64,000 bases of DNA from an uncultured delta proteobacterium (GCA_963841435.1 CAWJCS010000006.1:1728001-1792000); one strand, 5' to 3'. Shown: positions 1 through 10,399, counted from the first letter of the stretch. Made by a program: numbers and translations. Notes: generated by a model from the sequence alone, not told the origin.

Positions 1-1
1 C

Positions 2-796
2 TGGAACGATCGGACCTGGTACAAGACCACCAAGGGGCTGGTCGCGCCCGCCGAGCGCTTCTGGCAAACCCCCGGTCCGAAGTTCCAGGGGGTGGAGCTC
101 GACGGTGAGAAGCTCACCCTGCCCGTCGCGTGGGGCTATGGCGGCCGCAAGGAGGTTGCCACTTACAACATCGATCCCGAAAAGAAGCAGCCGACCAATG
201 CGAAATCGATTGCTCGCCACACGGCGATCAAGCTCGTCGACGGCGCGCTCGACATCGGCAAGACGCACTATTTGAAGACGGCCGATGGCACCTGGCTCAA
301 GGCGAACCAAGTGCGCGTGACCGAGCCCGGACCACCCCCCGAGGGGCTCGGTGCCGACGAACGCTGGATCGACGTCGACCTTTCCTCACAGACGCTGGTC
401 GCTTTCGTGGGAACGCGCCCCGTGTACGCGACGTTGATCTCGAGCGGCAAGGAATCCAGGGACAAGGACAAAGACCACCGCACGCCGACCGGCGAGTTTC
501 GCATCCGCGAGAAGCACCTCACGACGACCATGGACGGCGACGGCTCCGCGGCGGGCGATCTGCCCTACAGCATCGAGGACGTACCGTACGTGATGTACTT
601 TCATCGGGCCTACGCGCTGCACGGCGCATTCTGGCACTCGAACTACGGCGTCCAGATGAGCCACGGCTGCGTGAATCTCGCGCCGCTCGACGCCAAGTGG
701 CTCTACTTTTTCTCCGCCCCCGAGGCGCGCGCCGGCTTCCACGGCCTGTGGGCGCGACCCGAAGGTTCCGGCACGCGCGTCGTCGTCCACGACTGA
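2..796 (+). CDS. L,D-transpeptidase (YkuD/ErfK family), 5'-truncated by the window edge
   Basis: WIDVDLSSQTLVA, TPTGEF and catalytic HGAFWH...SHGCVN motifs; the frame is open from position 2. Confidence 0.9.
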   Translation, partial: WNDRTWYKTTKGLVAPAERFWQTPGPKFQGVELDGEKLTLPVAWGYGGRKEVATYNIDPEKKQPTNAKSIARHTAIKLVDGALDIGKTHYLKTADGTWLKANQVRVTEPGPPPEGLGADERWIDVDLSSQTLVAFVGTRPVYATLISSGKESRDKDKDHRTPTGEFRIREKHLTTTMDGDGSAAGDLPYSIEDVPYVMYFHRAYALHGAFWHSNYGVQMSHGCVNLAPLDAKWLYFFSAPEARAGFHGLWARPEGSGTRVVVHD

Positions 797-944
797 GCGC
801 GCGCCGGCCGGGGAAAAAAGAAGCTCGGCTCGGCGCCGTTCGGCAAGGCGACTTCGCGCGGCGCCGCGCGGGGAAGCCTCGCCGCCCGGTTCGTCCTGCG
901 GCGCTTGACGCGCTGCCGGCCGCGTTCCATCAAGGGGGCGACCC

Positions 945-1949
945 ATGGATCAGTTCTCGGCGCACCTCGACCGCGGTTGGGATCTCGTGCAGCGAGGCGA
1001 TCCTCGGGGCGCCGAGCAGAGCGCCCGGCGCGCCCTCGAGCTCGATAGCCAGTCCCCGGAAGCGCACAATCTGCTCGGCTACGTGTCGGCCCTCAAGGGC
1101 GAGTACGAGGAAGCCATCGAGGCGTATCGCCAGGCGATCGCGCTCGACGACACCTACCTCGAGGCGATGCTCAACGCGGCCGAGGTGTACATCCACCCGC
1201 TCGGCGAGTTCGACGAGGCCATCTCTATGTGCGACCAAGCGCTCGAGCTCGCCGAGACCGACGACGAGGTGGTCGACGGCCTCCTGCTCAAATTCGACGC
1301 CCTGCTCGGCAAGGGGGAGATCGACGGCGCCCGCGTCGTCTGCGAGCGCTTTCCGGCGGGGCCGTTCGAGAATCCGAGCCACCTGTTCCTGGTCGGGCGC
1401 GCCTACTACGAGGTCGGCGACGTCGAGCGTGCGTTCCCGCTCGTCGAGGAGGCCGTGAAGAAAAACTCCCGCAACGCCGAGGCCTGGTACTACCTTGGGC
1501 TGGTGCGTGACGAGCGGGGAGATGCCGAAACGGCCACGACCGCTTTCCTGCGTTCGCGCGAGCTCGATCTCGAGCTGTTGCCGCCGCCCTGGTCGCTCTC
1601 GCGCGAGACGTTCGAGGTAGCCGCGCGTCGCGCCATCGACGGACTGCCCGAATCCCTGCGTGTCTACGTGCGTGAGGGCGAGGTGTACGTCGCGGACGTG
1701 CCGGGCGTCGAGGTCGTGGTCGACGGCGTGGATCCGCGCGCGCTGCTCCTGCTCGACGGCATCAACACCGAGGACAAGTCGCTGCCCCTGACGGCGCGCG
1801 TCTTCGTCTACCAGAGGAACGTCGAGCGCATCGCGGGGTCGCTCGAGCAGGTGGAGCCCGAAATCTCGGCGGCGCTCGAGCGCGAAATCACCGCGACGTT
1901 CGTCGATCCCGAGCCGGATCACTCGGTGCCTCCCGGGCACCTGAACTGA
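945..1949 (+). CDS. TPR-repeat protein with a C-terminal minimal zincin (Zincin_1/DUF1025-like) domain lacking HExxH
   Basis: Several TPRs (PEAHNLLG, AEAWYYLG). The tail FE..ARRAIDGLP...VFVYQRNVERIA resembles Zincin_1, but REITA stands where HExxH is expected. Confidence 0.75.
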   Translation: MDQFSAHLDRGWDLVQRGDPRGAEQSARRALELDSQSPEAHNLLGYVSALKGEYEEAIEAYRQAIALDDTYLEAMLNAAEVYIHPLGEFDEAISMCDQALELAETDDEVVDGLLLKFDALLGKGEIDGARVVCERFPAGPFENPSHLFLVGRAYYEVGDVERAFPLVEEAVKKNSRNAEAWYYLGLVRDERGDAETATTAFLRSRELDLELLPPPWSLSRETFEVAARRAIDGLPESLRVYVREGEVYVADVPGVEVVVDGVDPRALLLLDGINTEDKSLPLTARVFVYQRNVERIAGSLEQVEPEISAALEREITATFVDPEPDHSVPPGHLN

Positions 1950-1981
1950 GCCGAGGAGCACTGGGCTCGGGATCCGCCGGC

Positions 1982-3040
1982 CTACATCGCCCGGGCGGCG
2001 AGCTCCTCGGCGACGCTCGCGAGCAGCGCCCGGGCGGGGCTCTTGGCAACGACGGCGAGCGCGGCAATCGCCCGCGCGGTGTGCTCGCGGGCGCGGCTCC
2101 GGACCTCGTCGCAGGCGCCGCTCTCGAGCACGAGACGGCTCACTGTCGGCACCGGCTCGCGATCGCCGCCGAAGATGCGACCGAGGGGCGCGGCAAGCTC
2201 GGGGTTTTTGGCGACCGCGAGCACGAGGGGCAGCGTGAGCTTGCCCTCGCGAAGATCGCTGAACAGGCTCTTGCCGGTCGATTCGGCGCCGTAGTCGAGC
2301 ACGTCGTCGACGAGCTGGAAAGCCACGCCGAGCTCTTCGCCGAAGCTGGCCATCGCGGCTTGGCCGGCGGCGTCCGCACCGGCGATGCGCGCGCCCGAGC
2401 GCGTCGCGAACGAAAACAGGGACGCGGTCTTGTCGTGCAAGATCCGCTCGTAGGTCGCGAGCGACACGTCGAGCTCGACGCGCCCGCGCAGCTGGATGAT
2501 CTCGCCCTCCACGAGCCGTCGCAATGTGGCGACCAGGTCCGGCATCAGCTCGGGGGCATGGTGGCTGGTGCGGTCGAGCGCATGCACGAGCAGGAGATCG
2601 CCGCCCAGCACGCTCACCGCATTCGACCAGACGACGCGGGCGGCGGGCGCCCCGCGCCGCTCCGTGCCGTCATCGATGACATCGTCGTGCAGGAGCGTTG
2701 CCGAGTGGACGAGCTCGGCGACGACCGAAAGCTCGCGCGCCGCAGGCGGAATGCGGCCGAAGCACGCTGCGCTGAGCAAGAGCGCCATCGGTCGCAACCG
2801 TTTGCCGCCACGCCCCACGAGGTGACCGGCGGCATCACTCGCGGGCCACGGCCCGTCCGCAGCCGCTTTCGCGAGCTCGGCCTCGACCCACGCCAAATCG
2901 TCCGCGAAGAGCGCGGTGACCTCCGAGAGGCGCTGTTCGGCGCGTCCCTCCGGAGCCTGGGAGGCCGCCGCACCCCGCAGAACCTCGACGGCGGCGCCCA
3001 AACCGAGCTGGGGAACCTCTGCGACTTTCTGAGCTTTCAA
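1982..3040 (-). CDS. ispB: Polyprenyl diphosphate synthase (IspB/HepT-like)
   Basis: GGKRLRP, LLHDDVID..RRG, KTA and FQLVDDVLD motifs; TTG start. Confidence 0.9.
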   Translation of the reverse strand: MKAQKVAEVPQLGLGAAVEVLRGAAASQAPEGRAEQRLSEVTALFADDLAWVEAELAKAAADGPWPASDAAGHLVGRGGKRLRPMALLLSAACFGRIPPAARELSVVAELVHSATLLHDDVIDDGTERRGAPAARVVWSNAVSVLGGDLLLVHALDRTSHHAPELMPDLVATLRRLVEGEIIQLRGRVELDVSLATYERILHDKTASLFSFATRSGARIAGADAAGQAAMASFGEELGVAFQLVDDVLDYGAESTGKSLFSDLREGKLTLPLVLAVAKNPELAAPLGRIFGGDREPVPTVSRLVLESGACDEVRSRAREHTARAIAALAVVAKSPARALLASVAEELAARAM

Positions 3041-3054
3041 ATTCTTGTGAAAGA

Positions 3055-3083
3055 ATTATGGGGTCGGGCCCCGGGGGGGTCAA
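3055..3083 (-). promoter_or_regulatory. Sigma70-type promoter for the polyprenyl synthase
   Basis: Minus strand reads TTGACC-N17-CATAAT, 14 nt before the TTG start. Confidence 0.6.
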
Positions 3084-3131
3084 CGGCAGACCGCGTCCGG
3101 CCGCACGGCCGGCATTTGACCGCTCCCGGCC

Positions 3132-3620
3132 ATGCGTGCTGAAACAGCGCTCCGCATGACCCGCTCCAGCCGGCCCCGGGCGCGACGGCTCGGACGCCGC
3201 GTCGGCATCATCGTGTTCGGCGTGCTCGTCGCCGTGCCCACGGCGCTCTGGTCAACCCAAATCATGCGGGCAGTCTGGGCCCCGGACGACGGCCCGGCCC
3301 CGCCGAGCTGCCGGGCCGGCCTGCGTCAGCTGCTCGTGGCCATCGAACGGGCCAAGCAGCAAAGCCTGAGGACCGAGGGAGGCGAGCTTCCGAGCGTTGC
3401 CCGCTTTCGCGCGGCTTTGCTGCCCGAATGGGCCTCCAGAGGCGCTCTCACCAGCCTCTGCCAACGAGGCGAAGAATCCAAGATGTTGAAGACGGTCATC
3501 GGACTTCGGTATGCGGAGGAGCACGCGGTGCGGTATGAGGCGACGGCCCTATCCGAGCAGCGTGCCGCGGCGCGAGCCCTCGAGGCACGACTTTCGGCGG
3601 GCGAGCCGACCGAGCGCTGA
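3132..3620 (+). CDS. Hypothetical single-pass membrane protein
   Basis: Basic N-terminus, hydrophobic helix VGIIVFGVLVAVPTALW and two Cys; its stop overlaps the next ATG (TGATG). Confidence 0.65.
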   Translation: MRAETALRMTRSSRPRARRLGRRVGIIVFGVLVAVPTALWSTQIMRAVWAPDDGPAPPSCRAGLRQLLVAIERAKQQSLRTEGGELPSVARFRAALLPEWASRGALTSLCQRGEESKMLKTVIGLRYAEEHAVRYEATALSEQRAAARALEARLSAGEPTER

Positions 3621-5557
3621 TGGAAGTCGAGACCCCGAACCTACCCACCTTCGACGCACTACCGCTGAGCCCCGAGGTGCGGCGAGCCGTCGACGAGCTG
3701 GGTTACGTCCACCCGACACCCGTGCAGATGGCGGTGTTCGAGCCCGCCGCGCGCGGCAAGGACCTCGTCGTGCAGGCGCGCACGGGCACGGGCAAGACGG
3801 CCGCGTTTGGCTTGCCGCTCGTCGACGGCATGGTGAAGCGCGGCGTGGCGGCCGTTCAGGCGCTCGTGCTGTGCCCGACGCGCGAGCTCGCGCTGCAGGT
3901 CACGCGCGAGGTCGACGCGCTCTCGAAGCACCGCGGCGTGCGCTGCACGGCGGTGTACGGGGGCGCTCCGATGCCGCGCCAGGTCGCCGAGATCAAGGCG
4001 GGCGCTCAGATCGTCGTGGGGACGCCCGGCCGGGTCCTCGACCACTTGCGCCGCCAGACCATGGATCCGTCAACGATTCGCTGCCTCGTGCTCGACGAGA
4101 GCGACGAGATGCTTTCGATGGGTTTTTTGCCGCAGATCACCGACATTCTGTCGTTCTTGCCCGAGTCGCGGCAGACGCTCTTGTTCAGCGCGACACTGCC
4201 GGCCGACATCCGACGCGTTGCCGAAACGCGCCTCAAGTCGCCGCAGTTTTTGACGCTGAGCGGTGACCATATCGGCGCGCTCGAAATCAATCACTACGTT
4301 TACGTCGTGCCGAGCGACAAGCTCGCCGCGCTGATCCAGGTCATCGAAGTCGACAACCCCGAGAGCGCGATCGTCTTTTGCAACACGAAGGACGAAACGA
4401 AGCGCGTCGCTGCGGCGCTCGAGCAGCAGGGATTTGCCGCCGACTGGTTGAACGCCGATCTTCCGCAGAACGACCGTGAGCGGGTGATGGCGGCGACGCG
4501 CAAGGGCGAGCTTCGTTTCCTCGTGGCGACCGACGTCGCTGCGCGCGGCATCGACATCTCGCATCTGACGCACGTCATCAACTACGACTTTCCAGAGGGC
4601 GCCGAGGCGTACGTGCACCGCACGGGACGCACGGGGCGCGCGGGTCGCACGGGCACGGCCATCTCGCTCATCGGCCCTCGCGACGTGGGAAACCTCTATC
4701 TTTTGAGGCTCACCTACAAGCTTCGGCCCATCGAGCGCCAGCTGCCGAGCGCTCGCGACAAGAAGACGCGCGAGGAGGCGGACCTCGTGCGCATGTTCAG
4801 CGAAGCGTTCGCGAACCACACGCCGCATCCGAGCGATCTGGCGCTCGCCCGGCGGCTCCTCAGCCACGAGCAGGCCGAATCGATCGTCGCGGGTCTCTTG
4901 CGCGACCACCTCGGCGCACGCCCCGACGCGCTCGACGACGCGACGGCGGCACGCCGGGCCCGCGCTCCGCGTGCCGTGACCAGCGACCCGACGCTCGCCA
5001 GCGTGAAAGCGCCTGCTGCGCCTGCCGTGCCCGCCGTGCCCGCCCCCCCACCACCCGCGCTGCCTCCTGTCGCGAGGCTAAACAGCGAGCGCGGCGCCAA
5101 GGCAGCGAGTGACCGGGGCACCCCCAAACGCACGGAGACGAACGCAAGCCCCGCGCCGCGCGGCGACGACGCCGACGCAGTGACGCTTGCGCCGCGGCCG
5201 CTCGCCGCGGTGAGCGTCCCGTTCGCGGAACCGCCGCGCACCGAGCGCTCCGGCGCGCCTGCCTCGTCGCCGACGAACGGCGAGCCCGTCGCCGATGACG
5301 ACGATGACGACGCCGAGCGAAGCTCGACGGAGCTCTACGTGAGCGTGGGCCGGCGCGACGGAGCGAAGCCGAGCGACTACCACACCTTGCTCGAGGCGGC
5401 CGGGATCGGGCCCGAAAGCCTCGAGTACGTGCGCGTCCGGCACCGGCACGCTTTCGTCGGCGTTCGACCGGATGCGTTCAATCGCGCGCTCGCGGTGCTC
5501 AACGGGGCCACGATCGCGGGCCGTCGAGCGACCGCCGAGCGCGCTCGGCGCGACTGA
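3620..5557 (+). CDS. deaD: DEAD-box RNA helicase (DeaD/CsdA-like) with a C-terminal DbpA-type RNA-binding domain
   Basis: Q motif, GTGKT, PTRELA, TPGR, DESD (DEAD variant), SAT, ARGID and HRTGRTGR; C-terminal LYVSVGRRDG. Confidence 0.9.
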   Translation: MEVETPNLPTFDALPLSPEVRRAVDELGYVHPTPVQMAVFEPAARGKDLVVQARTGTGKTAAFGLPLVDGMVKRGVAAVQALVLCPTRELALQVTREVDALSKHRGVRCTAVYGGAPMPRQVAEIKAGAQIVVGTPGRVLDHLRRQTMDPSTIRCLVLDESDEMLSMGFLPQITDILSFLPESRQTLLFSATLPADIRRVAETRLKSPQFLTLSGDHIGALEINHYVYVVPSDKLAALIQVIEVDNPESAIVFCNTKDETKRVAAALEQQGFAADWLNADLPQNDRERVMAATRKGELRFLVATDVAARGIDISHLTHVINYDFPEGAEAYVHRTGRTGRAGRTGTAISLIGPRDVGNLYLLRLTYKLRPIERQLPSARDKKTREEADLVRMFSEAFANHTPHPSDLALARRLLSHEQAESIVAGLLRDHLGARPDALDDATAARRARAPRAVTSDPTLASVKAPAAPAVPAVPAPPPPALPPVARLNSERGAKAASDRGTPKRTETNASPAPRGDDADAVTLAPRPLAAVSVPFAEPPRTERSGAPASSPTNGEPVADDDDDDAERSSTELYVSVGRRDGAKPSDYHTLLEAAGIGPESLEYVRVRHRHAFVGVRPDAFNRALAVLNGATIAGRRATAERARRD

Positions 5558-5589
5558 CCGGCGTTGCCGGAACGGGCCGCTCAAGCTAA

Positions 5590-6192
5590 GTGACGGAGCG
5601 GATGCCGGATCGCGCAGTCGAAGAGCTGGTCTCGAACGTTACCTCGGCCCTCTCCCAGGGACTGCCGAAGCGTGACCTTTTCGCGATGCTCGCCCGGCTG
5701 GTGAAGAGCGCGACGCCCGGCTCGCCAGAAGAGCTCTTCGCGAAGCTCGAGCTCGCCGAGCTCGTGGTCCGGGAGGACCCATTTCGCGCGGCGCGCCTCG
5801 CGCTGGACGTGCTGCGCGCTGGACCGGACGCTCGGGCGTACGGTGTGCTCGGCATCGCGCACAGCCTGCTCGGCGCCTTCCGCGCCGCGCGGCGAGCCCA
5901 CGAGCAGGCCGTCGCGCTCGCGCCCGAGCACCCCGGCTACCGACACAACCTCGGCCATTTGCTCAACGTCGCGTTCGACCAGCCCGCCCAGGCGCTGGTC
6001 CACCTCCTTTTTGCCTACGAGGGCGCGCCCGAAGAGCCCGAGATCGGCAGCTCCTACGCCCATGCGCTCGTCCGGGCTGGCCAGGCGGCCAAGGCGGTTT
6101 TCGTCCTCGAGAAGGCGCTCGGCTGGTCGCACGAAGCCGCCGAGGAGCTGGTCGGTGCCTGGCGCGAGGGCCGGACGCTACGGACCCCGTGA
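5590..6192 (+). CDS. TPR-repeat protein
   Basis: AYGVLGIAH and YRHNLGHLL TPR-like helices; alternative ATG at 5602. Confidence 0.7.
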   Translation: MTERMPDRAVEELVSNVTSALSQGLPKRDLFAMLARLVKSATPGSPEELFAKLELAELVVREDPFRAARLALDVLRAGPDARAYGVLGIAHSLLGAFRAARRAHEQAVALAPEHPGYRHNLGHLLNVAFDQPAQALVHLLFAYEGAPEEPEIGSSYAHALVRAGQAAKAVFVLEKALGWSHEAAEELVGAWREGRTLRTP

Positions 6193-6245
6193 GGATCTCG
6201 GCGGCACCCCTTTGCGAAGTACCCCTGAGGAACTATCGAAGAGCA

Positions 6246-7658
6246 ATGAAGAAGGCCTTCTTAGCGCTCGCCCTCGGGACCTGGACCCTTTCGGGCTGGG
6301 CTCACGCGCAGCCGGCGCCCGCGTCGGCGCCTGCGGCGCCCACGAGCTCGGCCGAGGCGCCGAGCTCGCCCGCGCTGCCGGACATCGCAGATCCAATGCT
6401 CGTCCCGCCGCCAGCCGCCTCGCACGTGCTCAGGTCGTGGCGTGACGCCGTCGCGCTGGTCAGGAGGTCGTCCAGCTCCCTGAAGAGCGCGCTCGCGCGC
6501 ATTCAGCAAGCTGCCGCACGCGCGCGACAGAGCCACTCGGGTGCGCTGCCGACGCTCACTGCGAGCGCCGATCTCAAGCAGTACCTTCTGCTCAGCCGCG
6601 AACGAAACCCGATCACGGGCCAGAACGAGCTCGTCCCCGACCCCTCCACGACGTTTTACGCCGGCCTCACCGCGCGCATGCCGATCTTCGCGCCACGCGT
6701 CTGGTACGACGAGAAGACGGCCGCCCTCTCCATCGACGCCGCCAAGCTCGACGAAGACGAGGCGGAGCGCCAGGTCATCGCCGTGCTCGCCGACGCGATC
6801 GTCCAGACCGTGACGGCCGAGCGGCTCGCCGAGGTCAGCCGTGTCTCGCTCGGCAGCGCGCTCTCGACGCTCGATTTGAACAAGCGACGGGCCGCGCTCG
6901 GAGCCTCGAGCACGCTCGACGTGCTGCGCGCCGAGCAGAACGTCGAGCTCGCTCGCGCCCAGGTGGTGACGACCAACGAGGCCGTGCTGCGCTCGCGCGA
7001 GGCTCTGGGACTCGCGCTGGGCTCCACCGATGCTTACGGGGTCACGCCCGATATTCGCCTCAGCAGCCTCGGGCAGGACGCCCGCACCACCTGCAAGCGC
7101 AACGGCGATCTCTCGACGCGCCCCGACCTCAAGGCCGCGCAGGCCCAGGTCGCGATTGCCGAACGCGACGTCAACGCGGTCAACTGGTCTTACTGGCCGC
7201 GCGTCGATGCCGTCTCGAACCTCGGCTACGTACCCATCGAGCGCGCGTCACCCAATCACCTCCACTACACCTGGGACATCGGCGCGACGCTCAGCTGGAC
7301 GCTCTACGACGGCAGCCTCAGAGCCGGCCAAAAGGCGGAGAAGGTCGCCACGGTGGACCTCGCCCGCGAGACGCTGACCGATGCGCGCCGCCGCGCCACC
7401 GTCGAGGTGGTCCAAACCGAGCGCAGCGTGAACGTGGCCGAAGCGAATCTCAAGGTGAGCACGCGAGCCCGCGAGATTGCCGCCGAAACGGCCCGGCTCG
7501 CCAAGGTGGCATTCATCAATGGCAGCGGCACGAGCTTCGACCTCGTCGATACCGCGCGGCGGCAGCGCGAGGCCGAGCTCGACCTGGCGGTCAAGGAGTT
7601 CAACGTCGTGCGCGCGCGCATCGCCGCGTACCTCGCCCTCGCGAGCTGCACGCTCTAG
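6246..7658 (+). CDS. TolC/OEP-family outer-membrane efflux protein
   Basis: Signal peptide MKKAFLALALG...AHA; two OEP halves (LPTL..., G.SSTLDVLRA; RPDL, WPRV, G.GTSFDLVD). Confidence 0.85.
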   Translation: MKKAFLALALGTWTLSGWAHAQPAPASAPAAPTSSAEAPSSPALPDIADPMLVPPPAASHVLRSWRDAVALVRRSSSSLKSALARIQQAAARARQSHSGALPTLTASADLKQYLLLSRERNPITGQNELVPDPSTTFYAGLTARMPIFAPRVWYDEKTAALSIDAAKLDEDEAERQVIAVLADAIVQTVTAERLAEVSRVSLGSALSTLDLNKRRAALGASSTLDVLRAEQNVELARAQVVTTNEAVLRSREALGLALGSTDAYGVTPDIRLSSLGQDARTTCKRNGDLSTRPDLKAAQAQVAIAERDVNAVNWSYWPRVDAVSNLGYVPIERASPNHLHYTWDIGATLSWTLYDGSLRAGQKAEKVATVDLARETLTDARRRATVEVVQTERSVNVAEANLKVSTRAREIAAETARLAKVAFINGSGTSFDLVDTARRQREAELDLAVKEFNVVRARIAAYLALASCTL

Positions 7659-7669
7659 GGGCGACTGGG

Positions 7670-8143
7670 ATGGCGGGCTACTCGGGCACACCGCTCGTCA
7701 AGAAGCTCGGCATCGGCCCCGGGCACCGCGTGGCGCTCGTCGGCGCGCCGCGCGGCATTTCGCAGGTGCTCGGCGCGCTCCCCGAAGGAGCGCACGCCGC
7801 CGAAGGGCTCGACGGCCGCTCGAACTTCAACGTCATCGTGGTCTTCGCCGTCACGGCGAAGGAACTCGGGCGCTGGCTCGACCGGGCGCGGCGGCGGCTC
7901 GACGAGCGCGGCGGACTGTGGCTCGCATGGCCGAAACGCGCATCGGGCGTGCCGACGGAGCTCGGCGAGGCTCTCGTGCGATCGGCCATCCTCGAGAGCG
8001 GGCTGGTCAACAACAAGGTGTGCGCCATCGACGAGACGTGGTCCGGCCTGCGCGCCGTCGTGCGGGTGAAGGACCGAAAGGGTGCCGCGAAGGCGCCCGG
8101 CAGGCGCGCAGCTGCCATTGTGGGGGGGACTGAACGGCGCTAG
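7670..8143 (+). CDS. DUF3052-like protein
   Basis: Characteristic MAGYSGTPLVKKLGI, LWLAWPKRASGV and GLV..KVCAIDETWSGL. Confidence 0.8.
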   Translation: MAGYSGTPLVKKLGIGPGHRVALVGAPRGISQVLGALPEGAHAAEGLDGRSNFNVIVVFAVTAKELGRWLDRARRRLDERGGLWLAWPKRASGVPTELGEALVRSAILESGLVNNKVCAIDETWSGLRAVVRVKDRKGAAKAPGRRAAAIVGGTERR

Positions 8144-8153
8144 CTTTGGGCCG

Positions 8154-8867
8154 GTGACTCGCACGAGCGACCGTGTCTTTTGGGCTCTGAGCGCGCTCTC
8201 CGCGCTCACGTTCACCGTCCTCATCGCCTTCGTCTTCCTGCGCGTGCCAACCGCGCAGCCGCAGGCGGGAGGCCTCACGCAGAAGATCTTCTATTTCCAC
8301 GTGCCCGCCGCGTACGCGATGTACCTCTCGGCGGTCGTCGGTTTCGTGGCGAGTGCCTTTTACCTCTACGGCGCGACCGACGAGCGCGACGCCTGGGCCA
8401 AGGCAGGCGCCGAGTGCGCCGTCGCCTTCGGAGCTCTCGTGCTGACGAGCGGGCCGATCTGGGCGAAGAAGGCCTGGGGCGTGTACTGGACCTGGGATCC
8501 ACGGCTGACCACGCTCCTACTCACGGTGCTCATCTACGCCGCGGTCGTCGTTTTGCGCGCCTTCGGCGGCGGTGGCGACTCCGAACGGCGTTTCGCGGCG
8601 GCGCTCACGGTGCTCGGCACCGTCACGCTGCCAATCGTCCACTACTCCGTCCAGAAATGGGGCGGCAACCACCCGACGGTGATCAGCAAGGGAGGCGGGG
8701 GGCTCGGCGATCCGGACATGAAGCGCGCCCTCCTGCTCGGGTTCGTGGCGATGACCGAGCTCGCGGCCCTCCTGCTCTGGACACGTGCCCGCCTCGCGCT
8801 CGCGGGCACTCGGCTGACGGCGCTCGAGGATCGGGCGGCCGCGCTCGAGATCGAGGGGGCTGCATGA
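8154..8867 (+). CDS. ccmC: Heme exporter / cytochrome c maturation protein CcmC
   Basis: FYFHVP, WWD motif WGVYWTWDPRLT and PIVHYSV; about six TM helices. Confidence 0.9.
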   Translation: MTRTSDRVFWALSALSALTFTVLIAFVFLRVPTAQPQAGGLTQKIFYFHVPAAYAMYLSAVVGFVASAFYLYGATDERDAWAKAGAECAVAFGALVLTSGPIWAKKAWGVYWTWDPRLTTLLLTVLIYAAVVVLRAFGGGGDSERRFAAALTVLGTVTLPIVHYSVQKWGGNHPTVISKGGGGLGDPDMKRALLLGFVAMTELAALLLWTRARLALAGTRLTALEDRAAALEIEGAA

Positions 8868-9097
8868 GCGCGCAGGCGGCCGCTCCGGAGCCCGGCGAGC
8901 GCGCCATGGAGTTCGTGCCCACCCAGGGAGGGAAGGAGACCACGAGCGCCGAGACGCTGCTCGTCACGGCCTACGTCGTGATGTGGGCGCTCCTGTTCGT
9001 CTTTCTCGTGTTCGGATGGCGGCGGCAGCGGCATCTCGAGTCGCGTCTCTCGGAGCTCGAGACCTCGCTCGATCGGGGGAAGGCTCCGCGCTCGTGA
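8864..9097 (+). CDS. ccmD: CcmD-like small membrane protein
   Basis: ATGA overlap with ccmC; AYVVMWALLFVFLV helix followed by basic RRQRHLE..L..LE. Confidence 0.7.
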   Translation: MSAQAAAPEPGERAMEFVPTQGGKETTSAETLLVTAYVVMWALLFVFLVFGWRRQRHLESRLSELETSLDRGKAPRS

Positions 9098-9219
9098 CGC
9101 CAGAGCACGTGCTCTTCATTCCCGGTGTCCTTTTGATCGGCGTCACGCTCGGATACGTTCTCGGCGCGCGTGCCGCTCGCGCCGACGTGGCCCGCGCCAG
9201 AAAGCGGCTCAAGGAGTAG
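9094..9219 (+). CDS. 41-aa single-TM small protein
   Basis: GTGA overlap with ccm[25 protein letters not shown] plus a basic tail; ends 2 nt before the next ATG. Confidence 0.6.
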   Translation: MTPEHVLFIPGVLLIGVTLGYVLGARAARADVARARKRLKE

Positions 9220-9221
9220 AC

Positions 9222-10363
9222 ATGCTCGATTTTTCGCTTTCGGACGAGCAGAAGGCCCTGACCGACGCCGCGCGGCGCTTCGCGCGAGAGCGCATCGCGC
9301 CCGTGGCGGCCGAATGCGATCGCGAGGCACGCTTCCCCAAGGAGGTGTTCGTCGCGGCCCACGAGCTCGGCCTGGTGAACGCCACCGTGACCCCCGAGTA
9401 CGGCGGCCCTGGTTTGCACGAGCTCGACAACGCGCTGATCGCCGAGGAGCTGGCCTGGGCCTGTACCGGCATCCAGACGAGCCTTCTCGCGAACACCCTC
9501 GCGCTCACGCCCATCGTGCTCGCGGGCAACGAGGCCCAGAAGAAGAAGTACCTCGGCATGCTCACCGCCGAGCCGCTCTTCGCGAGCTACTGCACCACGG
9601 AGCCGAGTGGCGGCAGCGACGTAGCGGGGCTCAGAACAGCGTTCAAGAGCGTCGGCGGCGACTACGTGCTCAACGGGGAAAAGTGCTGGATTACCAACGC
9701 CAGCCTCGCAAGCTTCTACGTCGTGTTCGCAACGAGCGAATCCCGAGAAGCGCCACAAGGGCATCGCGGCGTTCATCGTCGATCGAGACACCCCGGGCCT
9801 CAAGCGTCGGCAAGCACGAGGACAAGATGGGGCAGCGCGCGAGCGACACGGCGGCGGTGCACTTCGAGGACGTGAAGGTGCCGAAGGAGAACTTGCTCGC
9901 ACCGGAGGGCGAAGGGTTCAAGCTCGCCATGGAAACGTTCAACCAGACGCGGCCGGACATCGGCGCCATGGCGACGGGCCTCATGCAGCGCTGTCTCGAC
10001 GAGTGCATGGCCTACGCCAAGGAGCGCAAGACTTTCGGCGTCCCCATCGCCGAGCACCAGCTGGTCCAGGCCATGCTCGCCGAGATGGCCATCGGCGCGG
10101 AGGCGACCCGCCTGCTCTACCAAAAGGCCGCCTGGAACCTCGACCACGGGGTGCGCGACCCCATCGTTTCGAGCTTCGCCAAGGCCTTCGGGGCCGACCG
10201 CGCCATGCAGACGGCCGTCGATGCGGTCCAGGTCTTCGGCGGGAATGGCTACGTCCGGGACTACCCCGTCGAGAAGCTCATGCGGGACGCCAAGGTGCTG
10301 CAAATCTACGAGGGGACGAGCCAGATCCAAAGGCTCGTGATCGGCCGCAGTCTGACGCGCTGA
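9222..10363 (+). CDS. Acyl-CoA dehydrogenase, split by two +1 indels near 9740 and 9803
   Basis: [34 protein letters not shown] and [10 protein letters not shown]; removing one A at each site restores a single frame ([16 protein letters not shown]...). Confidence 0.9.
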
Positions 10364-10399
10364 ATTGCCCGGCCGCCAGAGCGATCGTAGCGTTGCCCC

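Noticed and set aside
4090-4110. DESD instead of DEAD as a sign of an inactive helicase
   Set aside because: The catalytic D-E and the final D are retained, the third position is known to vary, and all other motifs are intact
9222-10363. Programmed frameshifting or true pseudogenes among the split genes
   Set aside because: No slippery sequences or further decay; the same extra-A pattern recurs in unrelated genes
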